A stretch of DNA of 61,199 bases from positions 1 through 61,199 of the IMG/VR virus record IMGVR_UViG_3300032233_000543; one strand, written 5' to 3'. Below the pieces are notes generated by a model. That model was given only the letters and a program-made list of their open reading frames with translations. It was not told the origin of the DNA and made no database searches. The DNA comes from a virus. Taxonomy: Duplodnaviria; Caudoviricetes. This document shows positions 9,490 to 18,222 of this stretch, piece after piece. Position 1 is the stretch's first letter. Each line of letters starts with the position of its first letter. The position numbers and the translations under genes are program-made.

Positions 9490-9948
9490 ATGACTCAAGA
9501 ACTCTACACTCTCGAACTCAACTTCCCCATGGATTTTGCCGACCGACTCGAAGCTTCCCACAACGACGGCATAAACGCTGCCACACAAGCCGCCATAAAA
9601 CTTTGGGTTGGGCTTGGCGACGACATCCGAGAAACCATCATCAAGCAAGCCAACAAAGAAGGACTATCCCGCGCCGAGTTCGTAGGCAAAGCTGTGAGCA
9701 AACTCATGAACCCCGAAGCCCCTGCCTATGTAAACCTGAACAATGGACTCACACTAGCTGAGCGCCGCGAAGCCCGCAACAAAGAAATCGTAGCCCGAGG
9801 ACTGCAGGGTATGCCACGCAAAGAGCTTGCCGCAATGTTTAAAGTCTCGGAAGTTCGTGTGCATCAGCTCATTGCACTGGGTAAAAAGGAATTATCGCGC
9901 CAAAAAATCCTCAACGATTGGCGCGGCGAGCCGGACGAAATAGCTTGA
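9490..9948 (+). CDS. DNA-binding regulator with RHH-like segment and C-terminal Mor/C-like HTH
   Basis: RNKEIV...GMPRKELAAMFKVSEVRVHQLI HTH; AGGA RBS before ATG 9490. Confidence 0.7.
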   Translation: MTQELYTLELNFPMDFADRLEASHNDGINAATQAAIKLWVGLGDDIRETIIKQANKEGLSRAEFVGKAVSKLMNPEAPAYVNLNNGLTLAERREARNKEIVARGLQGMPRKELAAMFKVSEVRVHQLIALGKKELSRQKILNDWRGEPDEIA

Positions 9949-9973
9949 CACAAAGCTATAATTCTGTTATAAT
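9945..9973 (+). promoter_or_regulatory. Consensus sigma70 promoter with extended -10
   Basis: TTGACA-N17-TATAAT with TGn directly before the -10. Confidence 0.92.
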
Positions 9974-9982
9974 TGATAACAT

Positions 9983-10072
9983 CAAGTCGAGTAACGCCTC
10001 GGCTTGTCACGCGCACCACCTACACCTCCGGTCGCATCGTTCTTTAATAATTTATCAGTTAGGTTTTTGTGT
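9983..10072 (+). promoter_or_regulatory. rrn-like antitermination leader (hairpin, boxA, boxC-like)
   Basis: Hairpin CAAGTCGAG/CTCGGCTTG at 9983-10006; CGTTCTTTAATAATTTATCAG at 10038-10058; TGTGT at 10068. Confidence 0.7.
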
Positions 10073-10109
10073 AAGTATTAGTGGGTCAAACTTCTAAGCT
10101 TATAACTTT

Positions 10110-10432
10110 GTAATACCTTCGAGCCGCCGCTGTCTAAATGGCAGAAGCCTGAAAGGATGCCTCGTGCAGTCCTCACTCGGTGAATAGGCGTTGGGTTCAG
10201 CCCCAGTATGTTGTGGTGTATTGAGTAGTGTGGCATGTGTCACCGAAAGAGATAGCAACATGCAATGCATACGCATACTACTTAAATGGGTGCAGTCCTC
10301 TGATGAGAAACGTCATGACTGCTAGGGATGTGGGACGGCATAGCCGGATAGATCACACCGACAAACCCTATCGTAGTCCAAAGATAATTTGTTTATCTTG
10401 TAGCCCTGCGGGTCAGGGCTATTGAATACACA
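10110..10432 (+). ncRNA. Candidate large structured non-coding RNA or leader
   Basis: No credible ORF; many nested stems containing G-U pairs. Confidence 0.5.
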
Positions 10433-10447
10433 AGGAGAGAAGACACC

Positions 10448-10675
10448 ATGGCAACATTGACATACTGGTATTGCTCAGCGGTCAGCAACAACGACTGTTA
10501 CAGCATCATTGCCAAGACCAAGAAAGAAGCGCATGCCAAACGCGAGGAGCACGGCACTAAGGATTACGAAGCGCCAATCAAAAAGACCTTGTACTACAAA
10601 GACGCATTCGATCTGTTCGACTGGGTAACCAGTGAGGGCGGAGGTCGTGGATGCGGTAGTACCGCCAAGCCCTAA
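10448..10675 (+). CDS. Hypothetical early protein
   Basis: AAGGAG RBS, 75 aa. Confidence 0.75.
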   Translation: MATLTYWYCSAVSNNDCYSIIAKTKKEAHAKREEHGTKDYEAPIKKTLYYKDAFDLFDWVTSEGGGRGCGSTAKP

Positions 10676-10693
10676 CCAACCAAGGAGAAAACC

Positions 10694-10906
10694 ATGACTC
10701 ACTACCACTTACCAATCTGCACATGCTGTTATGCCGTGAGGGTCGAACCCCAACGCAAGCACATGACACGACCCACATGCATGGCATGTGGTGAAAGCGA
10801 AGCACGCAAAGTAAAACACTGCGCCGTGCCTATGAACAAATCCAACTACATGTTGGTGACTGACAGGGCAACCCTGACGCAGCTCAACCCCAAACGAACG
10901 ATGTAA
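10694..10906 (+). CDS. Small zinc-finger protein
   Basis: CTCC...CMAC; AAGGAG RBS. Confidence 0.75.
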   Translation: MTHYHLPICTCCYAVRVEPQRKHMTRPTCMACGESEARKVKHCAVPMNKSNYMLVTDRATLTQLNPKRTM

Positions 10907-10956
10907 CTTACATCCAAACTTCTAACCTTATAACTTTAGATCTAAAGGAAACTATC

Positions 10957-11727
10957 ATGAGCATGTACACAACACTAATGATGCACTTGGCGAGGCACAT
11001 GTATAAGAAAGGCAGAAACAAGGGCGATGCCCCTGCCAACAAACACCGCAGAAGTATGACGCACTTTCGTGTGGTCAAGAACAACGACGGCACGATGGCT
11101 GTGCGAATGTTTGGCACGGACTTACTGAAGGCACACCCCGATGGTAGCGTGGTGATCGACACGGGTGGATGGTACGACAGACCGACAACTATCCTGCGAC
11201 TCAACGAAGCGTTTGGGTTCTTCGATGGGCTATCCGTTGCCATGCATAAACAATCCATACTCAGCTATTCGCAACCCGTACTACGCATAAACAATAAGCG
11301 CTTTTCTTACTACGACGGCATCACGCTTAACGAGCAGGGCGAGATCATCACCGAGTTGCGAGCGTTCGAGATGAAACGTATTGACAAGGCAGAGTCCAAA
11401 GAACTAGCCAACGACTTGCAAGAGTCAGGGTTCAAGGACGCGTACGCTTTGTTGTACGCCACGACAACACCCGAAGATAGGGGTGAGAACGACTACGCGT
11501 TGTTTGGTGAGAACATACCCGAGATGCTTGCCGATAGCGACAAAGCCGACAAGTGGAAGCTAATCATTGCAAGAAACAAATTCGAGCGTGTGTATTCATA
11601 TTCAAGTAGCACTCGTGGCTACGACTACACCGAGAAAGCAGATGCAAAAGCGTGTTGGGCATCCATCATGCAGTACTGCAAAAAGAACATGTATGTTGTG
11701 TCTCGCTCTGAGACATTCGTACTGTAA
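10957..11727 (+). CDS. Hypothetical early protein
   Basis: 256 aa, AAGGA RBS, follows a copy of the 22-bp motif. Confidence 0.8.
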   Translation: MSMYTTLMMHLARHMYKKGRNKGDAPANKHRRSMTHFRVVKNNDGTMAVRMFGTDLLKAHPDGSVVIDTGGWYDRPTTILRLNEAFGFFDGLSVAMHKQSILSYSQPVLRINNKRFSYYDGITLNEQGEIITELRAFEMKRIDKAESKELANDLQESGFKDAYALLYATTTPEDRGENDYALFGENIPEMLADSDKADKWKLIIARNKFERVYSYSSSTRGYDYTEKADAKACWASIMQYCKKNMYVVSRSETFVL

Positions 11728-11799
11728 GCGGGGCGCAAGCCTATTTAAGTAAACTTCTAACCTTAGAACTTCTAAACTTTTTAATCCAAGGAAATCAAA

Positions 11800-12867
11800 A
11801 TGAACTTGTCCGTAAACCTCAAGCAAGCCGCGACCCTCATCCGTAATGTGGGTACAACAAACACCATCCTACTGCGGGGTCAGCCCGGCGTAGGCAAATC
11901 GTCCATCCTTTCAACGCTAGGTCGTGAGATGCCTGACTATCAGGTGTGCTACATCGACTGTGCAAACTTAGACCTCGGTGACTTGGCGATGCCTGTCATT
12001 GACCGAGAGAACATGACCACATCCTACGCACCCAATGTGCGCTTCGGTGTAGGTAAGAATCAAACCCGACCCGTTATCCTAATGCTTGACGAGTTGGGTA
12101 AGGCGTCCCGCCCTGTGATGAACATGTTGTTGCCGACCATCCTCGAGCATCGAGTGGGTGATGTACCCCTGCCGACTGGCTCTATCGTATGTGCAACAAC
12201 CAACCTCGACACTGACGGCGTGGGTGACAACATCCCAGCTCACGCATACAACCGCATGACTGTGGTGAACCTAAGCAACCCAAGCGTAGAGCAGTGGCTC
12301 GAATGGGCGGCGGACAATGACATAGCCCCTGAAGTGATGGCGTTCGCCAAGCAATACCCGCAAGTGTTCGAGTGCTATGTTGACCTTGACCCCAAGGCTA
12401 AGAACCCGTACATCTTCAACCCACTGACAGGCAATGTGAAAGCATACTGCTCGCCTCGCTCGCTTGAGAAGGCATCCAACATTATCAAGATGCGTAACAT
12501 CCTCGGCGATGCAACCCTGCCTGCATTGGCGGGTACTGTGGGTGAACCTGCGGCGCGTGACATGGACGCACTCATTAACTTGGCAGATCAGTTGCCCCTG
12601 TTCGAGAACATTGTGAAAGACCCGTTCAAGGCCAAGGTGCCGACCAGTGCCGGTGCTCTGTTTATTCTCTCGTTCATGTTGGCCGGTCGTGTTGACGCTA
12701 AGACTATCGACGCTGTGATGGACTACGCAGATCGTATGGCTAACGAATCGTTCGAGGCACATGCGTTGTTTATCACATCGTTGGCATCCAACAAGTCCAA
12801 GGTAGGCATGGCATGCGGCAGTCGTAAGTTCACGGCGCAAGCTGCGAAGCTCGGCAAATTCTTCTAA
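11800..12867 (+). CDS. MoxR-like AAA+ ATPase
   Basis: Walker A GQPGVGKS, Walker B ILMLDE, sensor ATTN, NRM and SPRS. Confidence 0.9.
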   Translation: MNLSVNLKQAATLIRNVGTTNTILLRGQPGVGKSSILSTLGREMPDYQVCYIDCANLDLGDLAMPVIDRENMTTSYAPNVRFGVGKNQTRPVILMLDELGKASRPVMNMLLPTILEHRVGDVPLPTGSIVCATTNLDTDGVGDNIPAHAYNRMTVVNLSNPSVEQWLEWAADNDIAPEVMAFAKQYPQVFECYVDLDPKAKNPYIFNPLTGNVKAYCSPRSLEKASNIIKMRNILGDATLPALAGTVGEPAARDMDALINLADQLPLFENIVKDPFKAKVPTSAGALFILSFMLAGRVDAKTIDAVMDYADRMANESFEAHALFITSLASNKSKVGMACGSRKFTAQAAKLGKFF

Positions 12868-12879
12868 GGTTATAACTTT

Positions 12880-12969
12880 ATGTTCACACCATGGGAACGC
12901 TTCGAGCGCTTTATCTTAGTCCTAGCCATCATTGTGCTAGCCCTTGACCTTTATTACTGGAGACCGTGA
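12880..12969 (+). CDS. 29-aa membrane peptide (not in ORF track)
   Basis: MFTPWERFERFILVLAIIVLALDLYYWRP; one hydrophobic helix; stop overlaps the next start. Confidence 0.6.
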   Translation: MFTPWERFERFILVLAIIVLALDLYYWRP

Positions 12970-13148
12970 TGCTCATAACAGAACGCACAAGCGACGGTCG
13001 CACCATCGTGCGACTACACAAAGACTGGCACCCTGACCGTATCAGTAAGTCATACACACCACCACGCCCACGCTTTCACCTCTCGAAGGATGAGTGGGAC
13101 ATTCAAACAGGACTACTAAACAACCCAATCGTGAGGAAACAATCATGA
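12966..13148 (+). CDS. Hypothetical protein
   Basis: Translationally coupled on both sides. Confidence 0.6.
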   Translation: MMLITERTSDGRTIVRLHKDWHPDRISKSYTPPRPRFHLSKDEWDIQTGLLNNPIVRKQS

Positions 13149-13741
13149 GCAATATGTACGAACTCGCAAGACAACTGCAAGCCCCCGGTGTGCAGACAAT
13201 CGCAACCTTTAACCCAACTCGTTTGACTAAAACGATACGCAACATGACCCGCAAAAGTATTGCATCGGGCAACCACATCGGTGGGTGGTCAAGCAAGACT
13301 CGTGAGGTACGCAAGCTAATCTTTAGGTTGGCAGATGAGTACCCCATCGTGTATGTGTCGCAAGAAGCAGACTATGTAACCTTTCATATCCCACGCCCTA
13401 TCACTGCCGCCAATCAGTCCGAGATCATCGGGTTGTTTGAGGCGGACTGCACATTGCAGAAGATGGGGTACGACGATTCCGGTGAGCGCAGATACAAACC
13501 AACACGAGATGTGTTCAACAAAAATATTGACCAACGATGTGTAGAGAACATAACAAAAATAAAGTTTGCTGAGCAAGGTAAGGCGCGTCACATGGTCGTG
13601 CGTACAGCTAAGCTAAGGCAACAAATCGCTGAGGTATTCCTACGGGAACGCACAGTCGAGGAGATTGCCATAGCCGAGCGCATTGCACGAATACTAGATA
13701 GGGATGAGGAGTTCCCTATCCCGTCGTCACATAGCTTTTGA
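13145..13741 (+). CDS. Hypothetical protein
   Basis: GAGG RBS before ATG 13145; stop overlaps a 22-bp motif copy. Confidence 0.7.
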   Translation: MSNMYELARQLQAPGVQTIATFNPTRLTKTIRNMTRKSIASGNHIGGWSSKTREVRKLIFRLADEYPIVYVSQEADYVTFHIPRPITAANQSEIIGLFEADCTLQKMGYDDSGERRYKPTRDVFNKNIDQRCVENITKIKFAEQGKARHMVVRTAKLRQQIAEVFLRERTVEEIAIAERIARILDRDEEFPIPSSHSF

Positions 13742-13774
13742 AACTTATAACCTTATAACTTTTGGAGAAACATC

Positions 13775-14944
13775 ATGAATGTACAAGACCGAATCAAGAA
13801 GTCACACATCGCCATCATGCAACACAAAGTGTTCTGTGCGTTTGGCAGCATCCTTGCGTGCGGCAAGGTCAGAGTCAACGACGATGTACCCACTGCGGCT
13901 ACTAACGGGTGGGATGTGGTCTACAACCCCAACTTCATTGACCAATACATGAAGTCTGACCCCGAGCTACGCTTCCTAGTCTTACACGAGGCAATGCACA
14001 AAGCCTATCGTCACTTGCATGTGTGGGCGGCACTGCACGACGAGGACGCACGACTGGCCAACATTGCGGCAGACCACTTCGTTAACTTGTCATTGGTAGA
14101 TATGGACGCAGGCGAGGGGTTCGTCAAGATGCCTAGCGTTGGTGTTCAACCTGACACTAAGTATCGTGGATGGTCAGTCAAGCAGATCTTCGAAGCCCTC
14201 AAGCAAGAGCAAGAGGAAGGCGGCGAGGGCGGTGATGGTGATGGTGAGGGTATGGACGAGCATGATTGGGCTAACGCAACAAGCGGTGACCCCGCTACTG
14301 AGCAAGAACGCGCTAACGAAATCCAACGCGCTATCCGTCAAGGCGAGATCATTCGTCGCAAGATGGCGGGTAAGGGTGCGGGTGATTCGGATGGTGTGTT
14401 CGGTGAGTTGTTGCAACCCAAGATCGACTGGAAGAAAGTGTTGCGTGAGTTCATCACCGAGACATGCGCGGGTCGTGACGAGTCCTCGTGGCGTAAGCCT
14501 AATCGTAGGTTCATGAGCTACGACGTTTACATGCCCTCGATGATAGGCACAACTATGACGGAGTTGGTAATCGGCTTCGACACTTCCGGTTCGTGTTTCG
14601 GCGGCGAGGAGATGACTGCGTTCGTGTCAAACATCAAGACCATCATCGACGATGTTAAGCCAACCAAGACGCATGTGATCTATTGGGACACCGAGGTAGC
14701 AGGGCATCAGACATTCGAGGACGGACAGTTTGCAGTAGCCGACCTCAAACCCAAGGGCGGTGGTGGTACGGACGGCGCTGTGTTGTTTGACTACTTGCGT
14801 GACAACAACATCAACCCTCAAGCCATTGTGCAGTTTACCGACGGTTATGTAGGTGATTGGGGTAACACGAATGTGCCTACCTTGTGGGCTGTTACCTCTG
14901 ACTTAGTTGCGCCGTTCGGTACAACGATTCGTGTCGAAGTTTGA
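13775..14944 (+). CDS. HExxH metallopeptidase-like domain fused to vWA domain (DUF2201-like)
   Basis: PTAATNG, LHEAMH, MIDAS DTSGS, GGGGTD and FTDG motifs. Confidence 0.9.
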   Translation: MNVQDRIKKSHIAIMQHKVFCAFGSILACGKVRVNDDVPTAATNGWDVVYNPNFIDQYMKSDPELRFLVLHEAMHKAYRHLHVWAALHDEDARLANIAADHFVNLSLVDMDAGEGFVKMPSVGVQPDTKYRGWSVKQIFEALKQEQEEGGEGGDGDGEGMDEHDWANATSGDPATEQERANEIQRAIRQGEIIRRKMAGKGAGDSDGVFGELLQPKIDWKKVLREFITETCAGRDESSWRKPNRRFMSYDVYMPSMIGTTMTELVIGFDTSGSCFGGEEMTAFVSNIKTIIDDVKPTKTHVIYWDTEVAGHQTFEDGQFAVADLKPKGGGGTDGAVLFDYLRDNNINPQAIVQFTDGYVGDWGNTNVPTLWAVTSDLVAPFGTTIRVEV

Positions 14945-14976
14945 AACTTATAACCTTATAACTTTTGGAGAACATC

Positions 14977-15360
14977 ATGGGATACAGATCAGATGTGACG
15001 GCGCTCATCTACCCCGATGGGGGTGAGCATAGCGCTCTTAACTACGACAAACTCAAACTCTTAATGAACACCACATTCAAGGATGTGTTTGATGCGTGGG
15101 GCGGGGAGCGTGAGTTTAATGACGGGTGGGAGTGGAACGACAACGTGTTGGTATTGCAGTTTACCGCTACCTCGGTTAAGTGGTACGACTCGTACGCTGA
15201 TGTGGCTCGGTTCATTAGATTCTTGAGCGAGGTGCACGAGCTTGAGTATCAGTACGAGTTCATCCGACTTGGCGAGGACGCCGACGATATTGAAGAAGAT
15301 AGCACGGGCGATGCCAATAACTATCTGTCTATTAACCGTTCTGTGGAGGTGTCATTTTGA
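14977..15360 (+). CDS. Hypothetical acidic protein
   Basis: MGYRSDV start, VKWY and FIRLGED motifs; GGAG RBS. Confidence 0.75.
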   Translation: MGYRSDVTALIYPDGGEHSALNYDKLKLLMNTTFKDVFDAWGGEREFNDGWEWNDNVLVLQFTATSVKWYDSYADVARFIRFLSEVHELEYQYEFIRLGEDADDIEEDSTGDANNYLSINRSVEVSF

Positions 15361-15968
15361 AAACCGTAACTGCACAAGAATTGAAAGAGCTTGACCCCAA
15401 GCGTTTTGAGAAAGAGTACTACGCATGGATGGAGTACGCCGTGTACGACGATTGGGCTGACTGGATTAAGGAAGACTACATATCACAGATGCGGGTAGAG
15501 GGTATCAAGGTTGATAACTTCTATTGGGAAGTGTCGTACTCACAAAGTGACGGCGCGAACTTCGATGGGCATGTGATCGTGCATGAGTGGATGGAAGCTA
15601 ACCCGCAGTACATGGAGCAGTACCAAGCCTTGTACCTAGCGTGCAAACAGGACGGTAGCTACGTATCTGTACGCACAGATAGTCGTGGATACAACATGCA
15701 CTTCAACTTGAACGCATCATGGTGGGACACTGACCCATGCGGCATCTTCAATGGCTTAGACAAGGACACATGGGGTGAGTTGGTTGAAGACCAAGACAGT
15801 TCCGCAAGCCTAGAGAATGAAATCAAATCGACATGCGAAAGGTTCACGTCAGAGATGTACTACAAACTACGGGATGAGTATGAGCACGTCACTAGCGAGG
15901 AATCGTTTATTGATTCGTGCGAGTGCAACGAAATTACATTTGAACTAGAGGAAGAATATGAAGTTTAA
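15357..15968 (+). CDS. Hypothetical acidic protein
   Basis: YSQSDGANF and YYKLRDEYEH motifs; GGAGG RBS with TTG start. Confidence 0.7.
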   Translation: MKTVTAQELKELDPKRFEKEYYAWMEYAVYDDWADWIKEDYISQMRVEGIKVDNFYWEVSYSQSDGANFDGHVIVHEWMEANPQYMEQYQALYLACKQDGSYVSVRTDSRGYNMHFNLNASWWDTDPCGIFNGLDKDTWGELVEDQDSSASLENEIKSTCERFTSEMYYKLRDEYEHVTSEESFIDSCECNEITFELEEEYEV

Positions 15969-16245
15969 GATGACTGTGAATGGGCATCACATTTTGGTGG
16001 ATGCCAAGCAACTTGAGACTATCGTGGATACGCTGTCTTTTGCTGAACACCTAACTGAAATCCACGTGGGCAACAACCACGGGACGCAAGGGTATCAGAA
16101 CGCATACATGCCTGCGATTAAACCTATCGTGGGGCACGAGCTATTCCAAGTAGCGCCAGTTAGTCAAGACTTTATTGACACCATCAAGCTAGCCGCAAGG
16201 TTGGAAGATGAGACCAAGAAAATTGTATTGAACAGAAACTTATAA
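15958..16245 (+). CDS. Hypothetical protein
   Basis: GAGG RBS; stop lies inside a 22-bp motif copy. Confidence 0.7.
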   Translation: MKFKMTVNGHHILVDAKQLETIVDTLSFAEHLTEIHVGNNHGTQGYQNAYMPAIKPIVGHELFQVAPVSQDFIDTIKLAARLEDETKKIVLNRNL

Positions 16246-16268
16246 CCTTATAACTTTTGGAGAAACAA

Positions 16269-17195
16269 ATGAACTACTACACAACTGAAACACAAAAGCC
16301 TATTGCAGGTGTCGCTCGTTCCGCCATGATGGTGGACTTAAACATTGCAATCTACTCGGGTCGTAAGCAAGACAAGAGTACGCAAGCCGAGGTCACTAAC
16401 GCCAAGGGGTCAGGCTCCAAGAAAGCGGCATCGGTGTACAAGAACTTGTTTGCTGAGTGCAAAGAGTTAGACGCAATCACTAAGTTCCAAGCCCGTGCTC
16501 GAGCCGAGCATTACAAAATCACCCTCCCATGGAATGACCAAGGCGCAAGGCTTCTGCCCACTGCGGCTTTGCTCGACTACCAAAAGACAATGCAGCGTCA
16601 CAAAGATGAGTTCAATCGTTTGGTTGATGCGTTCTTGGACAAGTACGACACGCTCGTAGCAGGGGCGGCGTTCCAGCTTGGCACATTGTTTGACCGCAAC
16701 GAATACCCAAGCAGGGGTAAGGTAGCACAGCGCTTCCGTATGGAGACATCGTTCACTCCCTTGCCTACTGGCGGCGACTTTAGGTTAGACATTGAGAGCG
16801 AGGTACAGCGTGAGTTGGTCAAGCAGTACGAGGAGAAGCTCGACGCACAACTGGCGGCGGCTAACCAAGACTCATGGACTCGTTTGTATAACGCTATCAG
16901 TAAGTTGAGTGACCGCTTGACTGTGGATGAGGATGGCAAGAAGCGTACGTTCCACGATACAACGGTGACCAATGCGGTAGAGCTGTGCGAGTTGTTGCAT
17001 GTGATGAACATTACACAAGACCCGTCGTTGACGAAAGCTGCGCGTAAGCTTGCAGAAGTATTATCTGATGTAACACCTAAAGAATTGCGGGAAGAAGATA
17101 GCACTCGTGCTCTGACCAAGATCAAGGTGGACGAAATCCTTGGCGCATTTGATTGGGGGGTTGCAGATGGGGAAAGTGAAGGGACTAATGACTGA
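16269..17195 (+). CDS. DUF3150-like protein
   Basis: TLPW..GARLLP and LGTLFDRNEYP motifs; this family is usually linked to phage AAA/vWA pairs. Confidence 0.65.
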   Translation: MNYYTTETQKPIAGVARSAMMVDLNIAIYSGRKQDKSTQAEVTNAKGSGSKKAASVYKNLFAECKELDAITKFQARARAEHYKITLPWNDQGARLLPTAALLDYQKTMQRHKDEFNRLVDAFLDKYDTLVAGAAFQLGTLFDRNEYPSRGKVAQRFRMETSFTPLPTGGDFRLDIESEVQRELVKQYEEKLDAQLAAANQDSWTRLYNAISKLSDRLTVDEDGKKRTFHDTTVTNAVELCELLHVMNITQDPSLTKAARKLAEVLSDVTPKELREEDSTRALTKIKVDEILGAFDWGVADGESEGTND

Positions 17196-17517
17196 AATGA
17201 TGGATGAAACCGATACTCGTTTATCTGATGCACAACGCCAACTGGAGAACAAACTGGGGTACAACAAACAGGATGATATGTACGAATGCAGATACGAAGA
17301 ACGCAACGGTGACTACACGCTGAAGCAGTGGCGTGATGGACATGAGACGGCATCTCGTGGACTAGTACAAGACCTACCTGAATGGCTAGCAAACATCAGG
17401 GACGTGGCAATGGTGGGTGGGCATCTCAAGCGAGTGATGGTGCCTCCCCCTGACAACATCGTGTGGTTTACAACTGACGATGACGGAAACTTGATTAACT
17501 TTATGGAGCTTAAATGA
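17167..17517 (+). CDS. Hypothetical protein
   Basis: Fills the gap in the operon; start uncertain. Confidence 0.6.
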   Translation: MGKVKGLMTEMMDETDTRLSDAQRQLENKLGYNKQDDMYECRYEERNGDYTLKQWRDGHETASRGLVQDLPEWLANIRDVAMVGGHLKRVMVPPPDNIVWFTTDDDGNLINFMELK

Positions 17518-17690
17518 ATTATGACAACCTGACTGACGAAGAACTAATCCGATATGCCGATGGGCATTCGGGGTTAATCAAAGTTCTTTCTGAAAGGCTT
17601 GAGATGCGACTGCGTGACGTGCAAGACCTAGCGCACACCATGCCTGACCCACGACAACTTAACTTATTCGAGGATGATAAAGATGCCTGA
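17514..17690 (+). CDS. 58-aa protein with C-terminal QLNLF clamp-binding-like motif (not in ORF track)
   Basis: MNYDNLTDEELIRYA...DPRQLNLFEDDKDA; GGAG RBS and ATGA overlap. Confidence 0.7.
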   Translation: MNYDNLTDEELIRYADGHSGLIKVLSERLEMRLRDVQDLAHTMPDPRQLNLFEDDKDA

Positions 17691-18222
17691 CTTACAAACA
17701 GCAATGCAAAAGATATTGCAATCTTGGGAACAACCTGAAACAACTGAACCTACTAAGGAAACAACCGTGTTTACACCAACAACTAATACATCCCGCGCAA
17801 CATTTGAAATCGTACGCGACGACCCCGGCTTACTCACAATGCAGTACGTTCGTAAGCTAGAAGCTAGGGGGTACAAAAAGTCATCTACAACTTCTCTGCT
17901 TACTCAGATGCTCCGTCAAGGGCACATCCGTAAAGGCAGCGATGGCGGCTTGCATCCAAACCAAGCAGAGTACAGGCCGCTTAAGTCCACTACTACGCTG
18001 AAAAACAAGGCTAAGAAGGCGAAGCCTGTGAAAACTTCTAAGCTTAGAACTTCTGAAGCTCCTGCAGTATCACCTAACTATTTGGAAGACGCCAAACGCG
18101 CAATCATTGGTAAACGATCATATCGTACAAAGATACAAACCATCTTGGACGACATCAGCTTGAGCGATGCACACGAGTTGTATCGAGAACTGCATACGTA
18201 CTTCGGCGGCTTGCCTAAATGA
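17683..18222 (+). CDS. Putative winged-helix DNA-binding protein
   Basis: GYKKSSTTSLLTQMLRQGHI segment and basic linker. Confidence 0.6.
   Translation: MPDLQTAMQKILQSWEQPETTEPTKETTVFTPTTNTSRATFEIVRDDPGLLTMQYVRKLEARGYKKSSTTSLLTQMLRQGHIRKGSDGGLHPNQAEYRPLKSTTTLKNKAKKAKPVKTSKLRTSEAPAVSPNYLEDAKRAIIGKRSYRTKIQTILDDISLSDAHELYRELHTYFGGLPK

Larger units (their letters stand above)
8937..18053 (+). repeat. Dispersed 22-bp motif AAACTT(A/C)TAANNTTA(T/G)AACTT(T/C), 10 copies
   Basis: Copies start at 8937, 9446, 10088, 10916, 11751, 12858, 13741, 14944, 16236 and 18032, all in the same orientation. Confidence 0.92.

Noticed and set aside
10292-10322. Hammerhead ribozyme (CTGATGA-GAAA)
   Set aside because: There is no stem II between CTGATGA and GAAA and no stem III; a simple hairpin explains the sequence.
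10228-10425. 65-aa ORF inside the structured region
   Set aside because: GTG start without a convincing RBS and no motifs; RNA structure explains the region better.
9974-10440. tRNA or tmRNA genes
   Set aside because: I found no cloverleaf with a TTCGA T-loop and acceptor stem here or in other intergenic gaps; tRNAscan/ARAGORN would confirm.
8937-18053. 22-bp repeats as a CRISPR array
   Set aside because: Copies are 0.5-1.8 kb apart with whole genes between them, and there is no cas operon.
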